NCBI GenBank assembly: GCA_013265495.1
Contig: MU060965.1
Span: 310,001-374,000, forward strand
Direction: 5' to 3'
DNA: 64,000 bases
From: Vicugna vicugna
Lineage: Eukaryota
The first letter of the stretch is position 1. Every line of letters begins with the position of its first letter. The notes under the pieces were generated by a model. It was given only the letters and a program-made list of their open reading frames with translations, did no database searches and was not told where the DNA came from. Below are positions 12,429-23,164 of the stretch, in pieces. Both the position numbers and the translations under genes were made by a program.

Positions 12429-13024
12429 GCGAGCACGACCTTGGCCAGCGTGAGGGCGAGGAGCAGGAGCGGAAGATCGCTCAAATCATCGTCCCCGACA
12501 CGTACGTACCGGGCAAGACAGACCACGACCTGGCCCTGCTCCGCCTGGAGCAGCCTGTGGCCCTCAGCGACCACGTGGTGCCCCTCTGCCTGCCCGAGAA
12601 GACCTTCTCCGAGCGGACGCTGGCCTTCGTCCGCTTCTCGGCCGTCAGCGGCTGGGGCCAGCTCCTGGACCGCGGGGCCACGGCACGCGTGCTCATGGCC
12701 ATCCAGGTGCCCCGGCTCCTGACCCAGGACTGCCTGGAGCAGTCGCGCCTGAGGCCGGGGTCGCCTGCCCTCACGGACAACATGTTCTGCGCCGGCTACC
12801 TGGACGGCAGCAAGGACGCCTGCAAAGGGGACAGTGGGGGCCCACACGCCACCCACTTCCGGGGCACGTGGTACCTGACGGGCCTTGTCAGCTGGGGTGA
12901 GGGCTGTGCGGCCGCTGGTCACTTCGGGGTGTACACCCGGGTCTCCCGCTACACGGCCTGGCTCCACCGGCTCATGGACTCCCTGCTGCCCTCAGAGGGC
13001 CTCCTCCAAGCCCCGCTCGCCTAG
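12429..13024 (+). CDS. F7: F7 exon 8 (protease, Asp102/Ser195)
   Basis: 596 nt to TAG, EHDL...DHDLALL...GDSGGP...LLQAPLA*. Confidence 0.98.
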
Positions 13025-13064
13025 CCCCACAGCCGCAGCCCCGGATCCCGCTCCCTGCTCCGCA

Positions 13065-13070
13065 AATAAA
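13065..13070 (+). terminator. F7: F7 poly(A) signal AATAAA
   Basis: Canonical hexamer ~40 nt after the stop; no other AATAAA seen before F10. Confidence 0.7.
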
Positions 13071-13127
13071 GCTGCTGCGCCCCTTCCCCAGGACCAAAGC
13101 CCGGAAATTCTCCTGTGGTTCTCGTGG

Positions 13128-13310
13128 AGGGGGAAGGGGAGGGAGGTGGAAACAGAGCTGGAGAGAGAGAGACAGAGACAGAGACAGACAGAGGATGGAC
13201 AGAGCTGGAGACAGAGAGAGACTCGGGGGAGACTCTGAGACAACCAGAGAAAAGAAAAGCCTTAGATCCAGAGAGGCCTTCGGGGAGGGAGACAGACGGC
13301 GAGAGACAGG
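13128..13310 (+). repeat. purine-rich (GA)n/(GAGACA)n simple repeat
   Basis: gagagagagagacagagacagagacagaca... Confidence 0.8.
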
Positions 13311-14882
13311 GCCAGGCCTCGGGGGGAGCCCAGGGCCGGCCGGGGAGCGGCCGTCTCCCAAGGCACAGCGGCTGTGCGCATCCGCCCCCTCGGCGCCGCC
13401 GCGAGCCGCTTCCTCGTGCCATTCAGCTCTTCGCCTCCGGCTCAGACAGGCTGTTGGCCTCGCCCGCTCACTGCGGTGGGTGTCCTCCCAGGTCCCTTCC
13501 GGGTGAGCACCCTTCACCACAACGCAGGCCTCGCACTCTGATCACACAGGCCGAGCCCTGCGCTCCGGCGGCCCCTGCCTTCCCAGGTGGTTCAGACTCA
13601 CTTCACAGAGACCCTGGGTTTGCCTTCGAGCCGGGCTCTCCTCCACATTACCAACTTCACAGAAACAAACCTCCCGTGAGGCTGTTTCCAGACACCAGAG
13701 CTCGCAGTGGATATGGGGCTGCACTCTCCCAGTCCCGGGGGCCTCTTCCTACCAAGGCCCCAGTAAATGACGGTCCTCAAACAGAGGCAGAGGGACGCCC
13801 CACAAAATGCAGGTTCCCAGGTCCTGCCAGCTCCGTGGGCTCGGGGAGGGCCCCTCAATTACATCCTCAGCGTGTCCCTAAGGTGCCTGGGGCGCACAGG
13901 CCTCGGGTGGGGAAGGACGAGAACGAGCGCCCAGCGAGGGGATCCTGACCCCACCAGAATGCAGCCACGGCGGGGAGAGCAAACAGGTAGGCGCCTGCCT
14001 GCCTGGTACTCTCCTATCCCGTGCCTGGGACGCCCCACGAGGCGCCAGACGTGCTCTGCTGGACTGTCCAGCGTGTCTCCCGTACAGTCGACCAGGGCTC
14101 CGCGAACCCAACAACGCAGAGCCCAAGCCACGCGCCTGAGAGCCAAGTGTTACGAGCAGACGCCCCACCAGCACTCATCGTTCTCGGCCACTTACAACCG
14201 CAGCGCTCAGTGCTGGGACAGGGGCCATCTGACTCGCAGACCTCACGTACTCACACTCCGGGCCTCCACAGAAAAGACTGGCTGCCCCAGTCGGCGGTGA
14301 CTCTCAGGGTTCTCACCAGTACGCACGATGAGAGCCCTGACCCTGGGCAGACCTCCTGGGCTCAGCCTGGCTCTGGCTCTGACCCTTGGCCGCGGTGCTT
14401 ACCTCCCTGCCCTTCGTGTCCTCATCGAGAAAACGGGGGCCAGTCAGGAAGAACATCCAGACGCCCCAGCCCACCAGCTCAGGCTGCAGACACTCGTGAG
14501 GTGGGGGTACGCTGCAGCCACAGCACCCGAGGGCTTGGGAGGCCGAGCCCAGTGAACCTCTCAGTCCTTCCAAAAACAGAAGCTGGCTGGCGTCCTCTTC
14601 CTGGGAAGAAAAGGGGAGGGTGGAGTTGAAGGGGCCAAGCCAGTAGCCTTCCAGACCCACTCAGACCCTCTGCCTCACTTCCCCCGCCTTGAAGCGTGGT
14701 CAGCGCAGTGCAGGCCAGCAACGGCTCTCCTGCCCGGTCACCACCAGGTGCTCACTCGGAATCCAGTCTCTCCCCACAGGCTGAACGGTGTACCAGGCGA
14801 GACAGGCCCCAGGGACCAGCTGCAGGTTGCTGACCAGCCCTGGCACCGAACAGGAGCGTTTAGGGGTGTCACTGCCTCGCTC

Positions 14883-14972
14883 AGTCCACTGGTGTTCACT
14901 GAGCACCTACTGTGTGCCAGGTGCCCCGCAGGTGCTGGGGACAGAGCAGGAGCAAGCCGAGTGACCACGGGC
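14883..14972 (-). mobile_element. L2 3'-end fragment
   Basis: TTCACTGAGCACCTACTGTGTGCCAGG...GGTGCTGGGGACAGAGC is the typical antisense L2 tail. Confidence 0.7.
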
Positions 14973-15724
14973 ATCAGTGAGCTGTGGGGAAGCGTCAGGC
15001 CGGCTCCATCCTTGAGTCTCCCATCACCGCCCCTGCCTCTCCTGCGGTTCCCAGCCTTTTCCTCCAGGGCCTGGGGTTCAGCTGCCGAGCCCCAGGCTGC
15101 CAGGAAGCTCAGGCCCACACCTGACACTCCGGAGAGGTTCCTGGCTGGGAGAGCAGCCCAGGGCCTGGTGTGGCACACACAACCCCCTCCCAGCCTGGCC
15201 GCCGAGGGCACAACCCTGGGGAGGCCTGGCCTCCCTTGGGCCTGTGGTTTGTCACAGGAGGACGTGGCCCCAGTTCTGGGACCTCCCGGGTGAGGGCCAG
15301 TCAGGGGAGACTCCGTGTTCTGCAGAGACGGCTGTGCTGGCCCCCAACCCTCCCAGGCCACGGGGTAGGGGCTGGACAGAGAAACAGCCTCTGATCTCAC
15401 CCAGTGACCTGCACTTGGCATCACATGGTGAGAAATGACTTCACTGTGAGGCCTCTGACTTCAGGGTTCATTTCCCCAACCCCCACCCAGCCCCCAATAG
15501 GGTGTTCAGGGTGAAGACGTGGTCGGGGGAAGCTGGGTCCACACTTTCATGTGCCTCCATGGCTTAGTCCTGGGGCTGAGAAGCAAATCCAGCAGCTCCT
15601 CCTGACACAGGCCCTCTCGACCTGTGGCCACAGCAGGCTCCGCTGCACACGGGTCCTGACAAGGAGGGGTCGGGCCCAGAGCTCCCAGGGCCACACAGGC
15701 CTGGGTGGCCATGCCCCCAGCAGG

Positions 15725-15845
15725 TCCGGGCTCCAATCAGGAGGCCGTGATAAGCAGGACAAGCAGCCACCCTCGAGCCAGGGCGAGTGACCCTTGTCCC
15801 GAGGCCTGTCACAGCAAGGACGAAGACACTGTCCTCGGCCACAGT
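15725..15845 (+). promoter_or_regulatory. F10: F10 TATA-less promoter: CCAAT (15733-15737), GATA (TGATAAG 15748-15754), DR1/HNF4-position element (15788-15800)
   Basis: Motifs read directly; order and spacing from the ATG fit the known NF-Y/GATA4/HNF4 architecture of human F10. Confidence 0.75.
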
Positions 15846-15915
15846 ATGGCGGGCCTGCTGTGCCTTGTCCTGCTCAGCACCTCCCTGGCCAGCCTGCTGC
15901 TACCGGGGGGCAGTG
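15846..15915 (+). CDS. F10: F10 exon 1 (signal peptide)
   Basis: 70 nt, MAGLLCLVLLSTSLASLLLPGGS, |gtacgt. Confidence 0.93.
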
Positions 15916-16097
15916 GTACGTACCCCTCACCCTGCATGCTACAGGGGTGGCCCTGGGAGGAGGATGGGGGGGCGACGCCCTCGCACCCCCACAGTGTGCA
16001 GAGTGGGTGCCCATCCCGGTGGACGGCTGGCATAAGCCACTGGACTTGGCGGTTTTGCCCAAGGATAGCTTAGGGCCAGGTGTGCCTCCCTGTGGGG

Positions 16098-16250
16098 GGA
16101 GGGTCAGGCGGGAGATCAGAGATCACAAAGACAGACAGAAACGTGGACAGAGAAAGACAGAGAAACAGCGACAGAGAGAGAGAGAGACAAGAACAGAAAC
16201 GGAGGTGGGGGAGAGAGAGGGACCGAGGGGAGAGAGAGTCAGAGAGACGG
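16098..16250 (+). repeat. purine-rich GA/GACA simple repeat in F10 intron 1
   Basis: cagagaaagacagagaaacagcgacagagagagagagagac... Confidence 0.8.
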
Positions 16251-17317
16251 CCCACCTCCTCTGCCAAAGTGAGCCGGGGCCGGGGGGAGGGGTGTCACAG
16301 GCAGAGAGGTGCCTCCAAGGCAGGGGAGGGGACAAGAGCCAGTGCCATCACCCTCAGGCTGTCTTGGCAAGGGGAAGGGGCTGCCCAATTCGAGGCTGGA
16401 CAGATGGGGGCCTCTGGGCTTTCCAGGACCCAGGCCTGTCCAAGAATAGAGGTCAGGAAGGGGAGAAGCAGAGCAAAGCCCAGACAGAGAGCGCAGCGGC
16501 CACCTGGGGCCTGCGTGCGTCTGGGTGAAAGGGAGTCAGGAGACCCAGGCACATGAGAGAAGGAAAAGGTGAAGAATGAAAAAGAGGAAGAGAAAAAAGC
16601 AGGGGCAGAGGGTGGGGACATGTAGGGGAAGGATTGGTCTCCCCACTCCCCAGAGGGTGGGTTGTAGGTCAAAGTCAGCAGAGCGGATGTGTGGAGCCAT
16701 GGGAGAACGGCCCACAGATAACAAGTCTGAGCCTGGCTTTGCTGGGAAAACACAGATGATGCTAAAAGAAATACGGGATTTGAAAGGGAAGAGAATATGA
16801 GGTAGGAATGAAGCTAAGCTTTACTGAGCACGTAGCGTGTACCACCTGAACACTGGGGGTTTCATACACCCTTTAAAACAACTCTTGAGAAGGTTAGGTG
16901 TCATAATTTCCATCTGCCAGTATTCAGCAGTAGATGACCCAGATATATATGCCACTCGAGACTGCTTGATTCTGCAGTCCTGTTTCTCAGTTTCAGACGT
17001 GGGGAGTTTGCAGTTCTCAGATGAGGGGAAACATTCATCGTGGTGAGAGGTGAAAACAGAGTTCAAGGTGAAAGCTGGGACTAGGAATATCAGCTTGGAC
17101 AATCATCTTTTTCATGGTCAGACTCTAAATTTTTTAGCATAAAAAAGGCAGAGATGGGCCAGGAAAAGAATCCAAGGGCCTCCCGACAACAATGTAAAGA
17201 GGAAGAGGAGTGGGAGAGAGACAGAGAAGACTCTGGCAGAGCAGTGTAGACGACTCAGCCAGATACATACCATAGGGTAGACCCAGAGATTCTCTGACCC
17301 AAGACATTTTAATTGAC

Positions 17318-17520
17318 AGGTTGTGACTCCTTTGTGAGTCATGCAATCAATTCAGTGGGTTTTTTATTTTAATGAAATAAAACAGAATCAGGGAGCTAAT
17401 TTTTCAACAAATACTATTTTCTAAAAATCCAGTATCTTTTGAAACTTTTAATTATGCTTATGTGCGTCCTGGGACTTGATTTAAATCCTACTTTTTATTG
17501 TAGATCGTGCAAAACTCCAT
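17318..17520. mobile_element. possible hAT-Charlie family DNA transposon fragment
   Basis: CAGGTTGTGACTCC...GTCATGCAATCAATTCAGTGGGT resembles recalled Charlie-type ends; subfamily not assigned. Confidence 0.4.
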
Positions 17521-17689
17521 CACAACTACTCACTTACCTTAGAGCTGAGACCTTGAAGGGCAGGTGGGGTTCAGGGTGAGGGGTGATGGTAGAGGGGTCG
17601 AGCCTGAGCCACAGGACAGAGGGCGTGGCCCGGAGAGGTGACAGGGAGCTGGAAACACTCAGAGCTCCAGAGAGAGGGTTTGGGCCGCC

Positions 17690-18720
17690 AGCGCGGAGCT
17701 GGGTGTGAACGTGCGGGGTCAGTGGCTCGCTGGCAGGACGCGCGGGGTCCAGAACAGGTGTCCCACGTGTAACTCACGGAGGCGTCGCGAGCCAGGCGAG
17801 TGGCCTTCCGCGGCCGGGCTGCGCCAGCAGCGGGCAGGGCAGGTAACCCTGAGCCGCGTCCTTCCGTCCCCAGTGTTCCTGGACCGGGACCGCGCCCACA
17901 CAGTCCTGCAGAGGGTCCGGAGGGCGAACTCGTTCCTGGAGGAGATGAAGAAGGGAAACCTGGAAAGAGAGTGCGTAGAAGAGACTTGCAACTACGAGGA
18001 GGCCCGCGAAGCCTTCGAGGACACGGAGAAGACGGTAAGGGTCCCCGCCCCGCCCCAGCCTCCCGGGGCGGGCGGCCAGGAGCCAGTCACGGGGCTGCGG
18101 GGACTTCTCAGGTTCTGTCAGGTCAGCGTGAGGGCACAAAACGTTTATCTAAGTCGTACTCTCGGCCTGGGCCGGCGCCTCCCAGGCCGGGCCGCGCACA
18201 GAGACACTTGGCCCAGGGAACCCGGCCCAGGGTCCTCAGCCGCGCGCTCGGCCGCCGCCCTACTTGACGCCGGCTCTCTGAGAGCGCAGGGCACGCGCGC
18301 AGGCGCGGGACGGACGCCCGCCTGAGGCCCTGCGTCGCGCTTGCGCAGCAGCAGCCACTGCGCGCTGGACGCACCCAGCCCTCCCCGGAAGAGGCGGGGC
18401 CTAGGGCGCTGCCCCGGAAGTCGTCATGGGGCCTCGGCCGTCTTGGGTCAGGCTCTGGGAGCAGGTGGCTGCGGTGCGCGGGCGGTGGTGGAAGTCGACC
18501 GAAACTGAGCAAGCGTGAGCTGAAGGTGCCTGAGGGCTGAGGGGAAGGTATCGGAGAAGGAGGCCAAGCAGGAGCCCGCGAGAGACAGCCGCGTCGCAGA
18601 GTGCGGACAGCGGACCCGTCCGCACCGCGAGGCCTCAGTGGAGCGTCCAGCAGACTGGGCGCTGGGGGCCCCGGCCTCACAGGCTCGTGCAGTCCCCTGC
18701 CCACTCGCTGCAGCCCGAAC
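17690..18720. promoter_or_regulatory. intragenic CpG island spanning F10 exon 2 and the 5' end of the KARS1 retrocopy
   Basis: Dense CpG; CCGGAAG motifs at 18385-18391 and 18414-18421, GC box at 18391-18400. Confidence 0.75.
17874..18034 (+). CDS. F10: F10 exon 2 (propeptide + Gla)
   Basis: 161 nt, [17 protein letters not shown]|[10 protein letters not shown]... Confidence 0.98.
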
Positions 18721-20226
18721 ACCACCAGACCAGCTCACCCTAAAGGTGGGCGGTGGGGTTCTCGCCAGCAGAGCTCCTGTGGGAAGTTCATCTTCTGTGC
18801 CCCCAGAGGACAAGCCAAGGTGCAAGTCACGGCCAATCCGAGACTCTCTAAGTCGCTCATGTCTGCGGCAGGCTGCCTTGGGGGGACGTACGTGGAGTTC
18901 CGGAGAGTCCTGGGAAAGCCGAGAAGGGCAAGCTGAGCGGCACTCTCCAGAGAATCACACTGCTTACACGTGGCCCCTCATCCTCGTTTGGTCCCCAGAG
19001 CCAGGAGAAGCAGTACCGTTGGAGATGCTGAGTGACTCTGAGGAAGACGTGCATCACCCACCCCGCGATCATCACATATATAAAAAGTTTCCGGGATGAG
19101 TTGGGGTTCCTAGATTCAACTTTCCATGGTGAACACACTTCAAGAGGAGCCAAGCTTTCCATCAACTCCCACAAGCTGGACACAATCTGATGTGTAAGAA
19201 TTGCTCCAGAATGCTGCTGTAAGACACTGGTAATTGGTGGCAGTGACCCATGTGTAATGGATGCCAGTTCCAGATGATTTGGCTTGAATTCACCACCTGA
19301 ATTTTACATGGTCTGTGTCCACAATCACGAGCTCATGAAATCGGGGCTATTACATCAGGGATGGTGAACCGTGTTGCAGGCAGTTACAAGATCACCCTCC
19401 ACCCAGATGGCCCAGCAGGCCAGACCCGTGAGATCGATGTCACCGCACCCTTCTGGGAAATCAGCATGGTACAAGAGCCTAAGAAAGACTGGGAGCAAAG
19501 CTGCCAGAAACTAATCTCTTCAAAACTGAAGAAACTGAAAAAAGGTACAGAGCATATCTGTGTGGCAGAAGCTTTTGAATACCCCCCACAGACAGGCTTC
19601 TTGATCAGCTTGCCAGGGAGCTCCTTACAGCGCCTCACAGCAGCCCCACGCTCGTTCATTTGTGATCACCCACTCTTGGGCCAGGCAGACCACGCTGAGT
19701 CTCCCTGAGCAGTTTGTCCTGAGGAAGGAAGTGTGCAGCGCCTGCACTGAGTTAAATACCCCATTCAGCAGGAGGCGGGTTTTTAAAGAGCCGGCCAGAG
19801 CTGCCAGCACGGATGATGTTCGTGTGTGAAAACCGCCCTAGGCCTGGCTGCTCCGGAGCTGGCTGTGGCCGTGGCTGTGGTGAGGTCGGCAGCTCATCAG
19901 CTCGCTCCTCACAGATCCAGAACCGTCAAGGACGTGCTCTGCTTCCTGCCTGAAAGGTGAAACCTGAGGGTGACGATAAGGTGGCAGCCCCGACACGCTG
20001 AACAGCACGACAGTTGGCATCTCTTTCTAGAAAATAATAATTGTGAAGTTGTGTGACTCAGACGTCTTTGCATTTCTGCTAAAGATCAAGGTCCGCAAGG
20101 GAGCTCTTGTGTGGGGACCCACTTGACTACCGTGGCTCATTTCAGCCACCAGAAGCGAGAGGGGAGTTAAGAGTGCATTTTTACTCCTTGTTACCAGATA
20201 AACAATTTATCTCTTTAGAAAAAAAA
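18410..20226 (+). pseudogene. KARS1P: processed pseudogene of lysyl-tRNA synthetase KARS1 (cytosolic splice form), full length with 5' and 3' UTR
   Basis: Intronless collinear matches to recalled KARS1: PKLSKRELK (18499-18525), EKEAKQ, TLKV, K(F)IF...RG...VQV(T)AN, IAPE...GG.D...QF...EFTT..EFYM, MVNRVAGSYKITLHPDGPAGQ, ICVAEAFEYPP, FICDHP; start codon decayed to GTG (18465), stop remnant TAG (20028-20030), KARS1-like 3'UTR, poly(A) remnant at ~20219-20226; many frameshifts. Confidence 0.92.
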
Positions 20227-20789
20227 TTCATAATTTCAAGAACTTTTTATTTTTAAAGTTTCCTTTAATTTACACACACATACAGTTTTTTAATAACAAA
20301 AATAATTGTAATGCCAGTCGTCCAAGTTCACGTTCTGCCTTTTCCTCAGCATCATTTCCCACTCTTCATTACCTCACAGCTACCATACTTGTAAGTTTAA
20401 AGAACGAAATTGTATTTTATTGTATGGGTGCATTTACTCTTTCCACAGTTTTCCCATATAGGTTATTCTTAACGTTGCTCTTATGAAAACACAGAACATG
20501 TGTTTCTTCTGGGGTATCTTTTAAGAGCCTCTCCAGAGAAGGAGTCCTGGATCTAGGTTATCAGCAAGTTCTGGTTCTGGTTGTACAGGGGAAGCGGACT
20601 CCACCCTGTTTCTTCCACCGACTGCAGCTGCAGCGCTGGGGTAGGGAGCATGGGGCAGTGGTCTGAGGAACCTGAAAAGCAGCTAGCAGCAGTGTATTGC
20701 AGGAGAAAACCAATTCAGAGTCCTGTGTAACTGGCTGTGAGGTTACCATGTTTTTCTCTTTCAGTTCTCCAGACACCACTTGACCTGAA

Positions 20790-22085
20790 TCTAACTGAAT
20801 TTATATGAGTCTCAACAGCAGCAGAATGTAATTTATTTCCAAGCACCCATGGAACGTTCCACAAAATAGACCACATTCTGTATTATAAAACACACCTTAA
20901 CAGATTTTAAAGATTAAAATCGTACAAAATACGTTATCTGACCATACTGGAATCAACCAGAAATCAATGACAGGAAAGTTTCCAAGTATGTGGAAATTAG
21001 CACACTTCTGAATAATCCATGTGCCAAAGAAGAAGCCTCACGGGAAGCTAGAAGATCCTTCCAACTGAACAAAAATGAGTATACAACGTACAAAACCTGT
21101 GGGCTGCAGCTAAACAGTGCTTACAGAGGGATGATAGCACTAGACGCTTTTACTGGAAAAGAAGAAAGATCTCAAATTGATCATCTTAGCTTCCACTTTA
21201 AGGCATCAAAAAGGGGGCAAAATAAACCCTAAAGAAGAGAAATCAATAAAATTGAAGGCATGAAATAATAGAGAAAAATCAATAAAACCAATAAGATTTA
21301 ATATGACAAAAAAGAACACATACACTATATGAGGAATGAAAGAGAAAATGTTAGTACAGATCCTGCACGTGCTAAAAAAGGGTAATAAGAGAATGCTGCA
21401 CACAACACACACAAATTTGGATGAAATTTGGACAATTTGGATGAAATGGACCAATTCCTCAAAACCACAAACTATGAAAACGCACAGTGTGAAGGAGGTA
21501 TTTGCAAATTCAACTTCTTAGTTAAGAACCTACTGAAAAAGAAATGTCCAAGTCCAGATGGTGTCACTGGTGAATTTTATCAGACGTTTGAAGAAGTAAC
21601 ACCAGTTCTGTATAATCTCTTCTAGAAAAGAAGAGGGGACGCTTGTTAATTTGTTTTAGACCACCATTACCCTGATCCCACAACCCACAGGGACAGAAGA
21701 GGGAGGGAGGGAGGAAGAGAGAATGAAAAAAATAAGGAAAGTAAGCAAGCTATAGACCAGTCTCTCTCAGGATCCTCTCGTCAGAATTCTCAATAAATCA
21801 TTAGCATGTTGAGTAGAGCAATGTATGAAAAAAGAATACACAGTGACCAAGTGTGTTTATCTTGGGCACACGAGGCTGGCTCAGTATTTGAAAATCAGTA
21901 CTGTGATCCACCATATTAACTGTTTAAAGAAGAAAATCCACATAATCATATCAACTGATGTGCAGAAAGCACCTGACAGATTGTAACAGCCATTTATGAT
22001 TAAAACCTACCAGCAGACTGCAATTAAAAGGGAACTTCTTCAATCTGATAAAGATTATTAACAAGGAACCTACCCCCGATAGCAA
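20790..22085 (+). mobile_element. old LINE-1 ORF2 fragment (endonuclease C-terminus to RT) in F10 intron 2
   Basis: Degenerate L1 ORF2 landmarks: CATGGAACGTTCCACAAAATAGACCACATTCTG, TGTGGGCTGCAGCTAAACAGTGC, GATGAAATGGACCAATTCCT, CCAGATGGTGTCACTGGTGAATTTTATCA. Confidence 0.88.
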
Positions 22086-23164
22086 AAAAAACAAAAGACT
22101 AAAGATTTCTTTTTCGTGTTATATAGGCTCTTAATGCCCTGTTTTAAGTTAATTATCAATTATCATTTTTTTCAAGTAGCATAATGCTTATTCTCCAGCA
22201 TCTGATCCTTTTTTGAATCTGATCCAGGTATGTTAATTAAAAACCATTCATTAATTGGCTTGGGGGTAGCAAACAGAGCAAACTGTTTTTGGTACAATCC
22301 ATTTCTTGATAATTACTTGAAAATAAATTTTCAATATTCAACAAAGATGTGCATTTAAGATAATTGAGCATGGCATCTGGGAAACGTCATTTTAAACGAT
22401 TCATATTATACTTAAGTTGATACATATGTAGTTCTAGACATAACACGTGGAGTGTGATACTGATTCTTTACATAAAAGCTTGGCTATAGGTATTGATTTA
22501 AGAGATGGTAAAAAATTATTATATGATAAAATTTAAATATTTTGTAATATTAATCACTTACAGTAATTTTCCATTATGAATGTGTTACAGTGTTTGAACA
22601 TGGTACATAAAGTTTGTGATTTGCTTCTAAATTTAAGTAATGCTTTAGAGATTTTGCTTCAGTTGTCTCAGCAGATTTTCTGCAAATTGAAATGAGTGAA
22701 AAACAAGCAAAACTTATATAGGAACTTCTTTGGTTTGAGAAAAGTAGTCTAAGTTGGGATTACTTACAGTTGAAGCAAATTATGTGAAAACTTTGATTGT
22801 GATCATATAATTAGTGAGTTTGCTAGAATGAAAGCTGGAAAAGTAGATTTAACATTATAGAGTATTTCCCAGATGCCATGTTCAGTTGTTGTGAGCAAGC
22901 AAGAAAATGCATGCTAGGCTGTTGGGGTATGATCATTTCTTTTACAAATATGTATTTCTGAAAAAGTGATCAAAGCCACCACTTTACAAATGCAGAAAAT
23001 CTGAAGAACCTTCCTTTTTAGATTACATAGTTCTAGAGCAGTTTGTTCCAGAAAATGACCTCTGTTTGGAAAAGTATACTATTCAGGTTGAGTTACTAGT
23101 TTGTGGTTGTAATTGGTGTAAAATGTCGATTTTCTCTAATGCATTTTTAAATTTTCCTTTTTAG

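Noticed and set aside
11920-12780. FVII lacks the human Asn322 sequon and has N-L-T in exon 7
   Set aside because: Matches the recalled bovine pattern (N145 + N203), so not unusual for an artiodactyl.
15711-15845. In-frame upstream ATG that could extend the FX signal peptide by 45 aa
   Set aside because: It lies upstream of the CCAAT/GATA/DR1 promoter elements, so it is probably not in the mRNA; the extension has no signal-peptide character.
13128-16250. Two similar GA/GAGACA tracts (after F7 and in F10 intron 1) as a duplicated element
   Set aside because: Similarity is explained by low complexity; flanks share no homology.
19361-19708. 115-aa ORF with clear lysyl-tRNA synthetase similarity as a functional protein
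   Set aside because: It drifts in and out of the KARS1 frame, lacks intact class II motifs and is only the longest open stretch of a decayed retrocopy.
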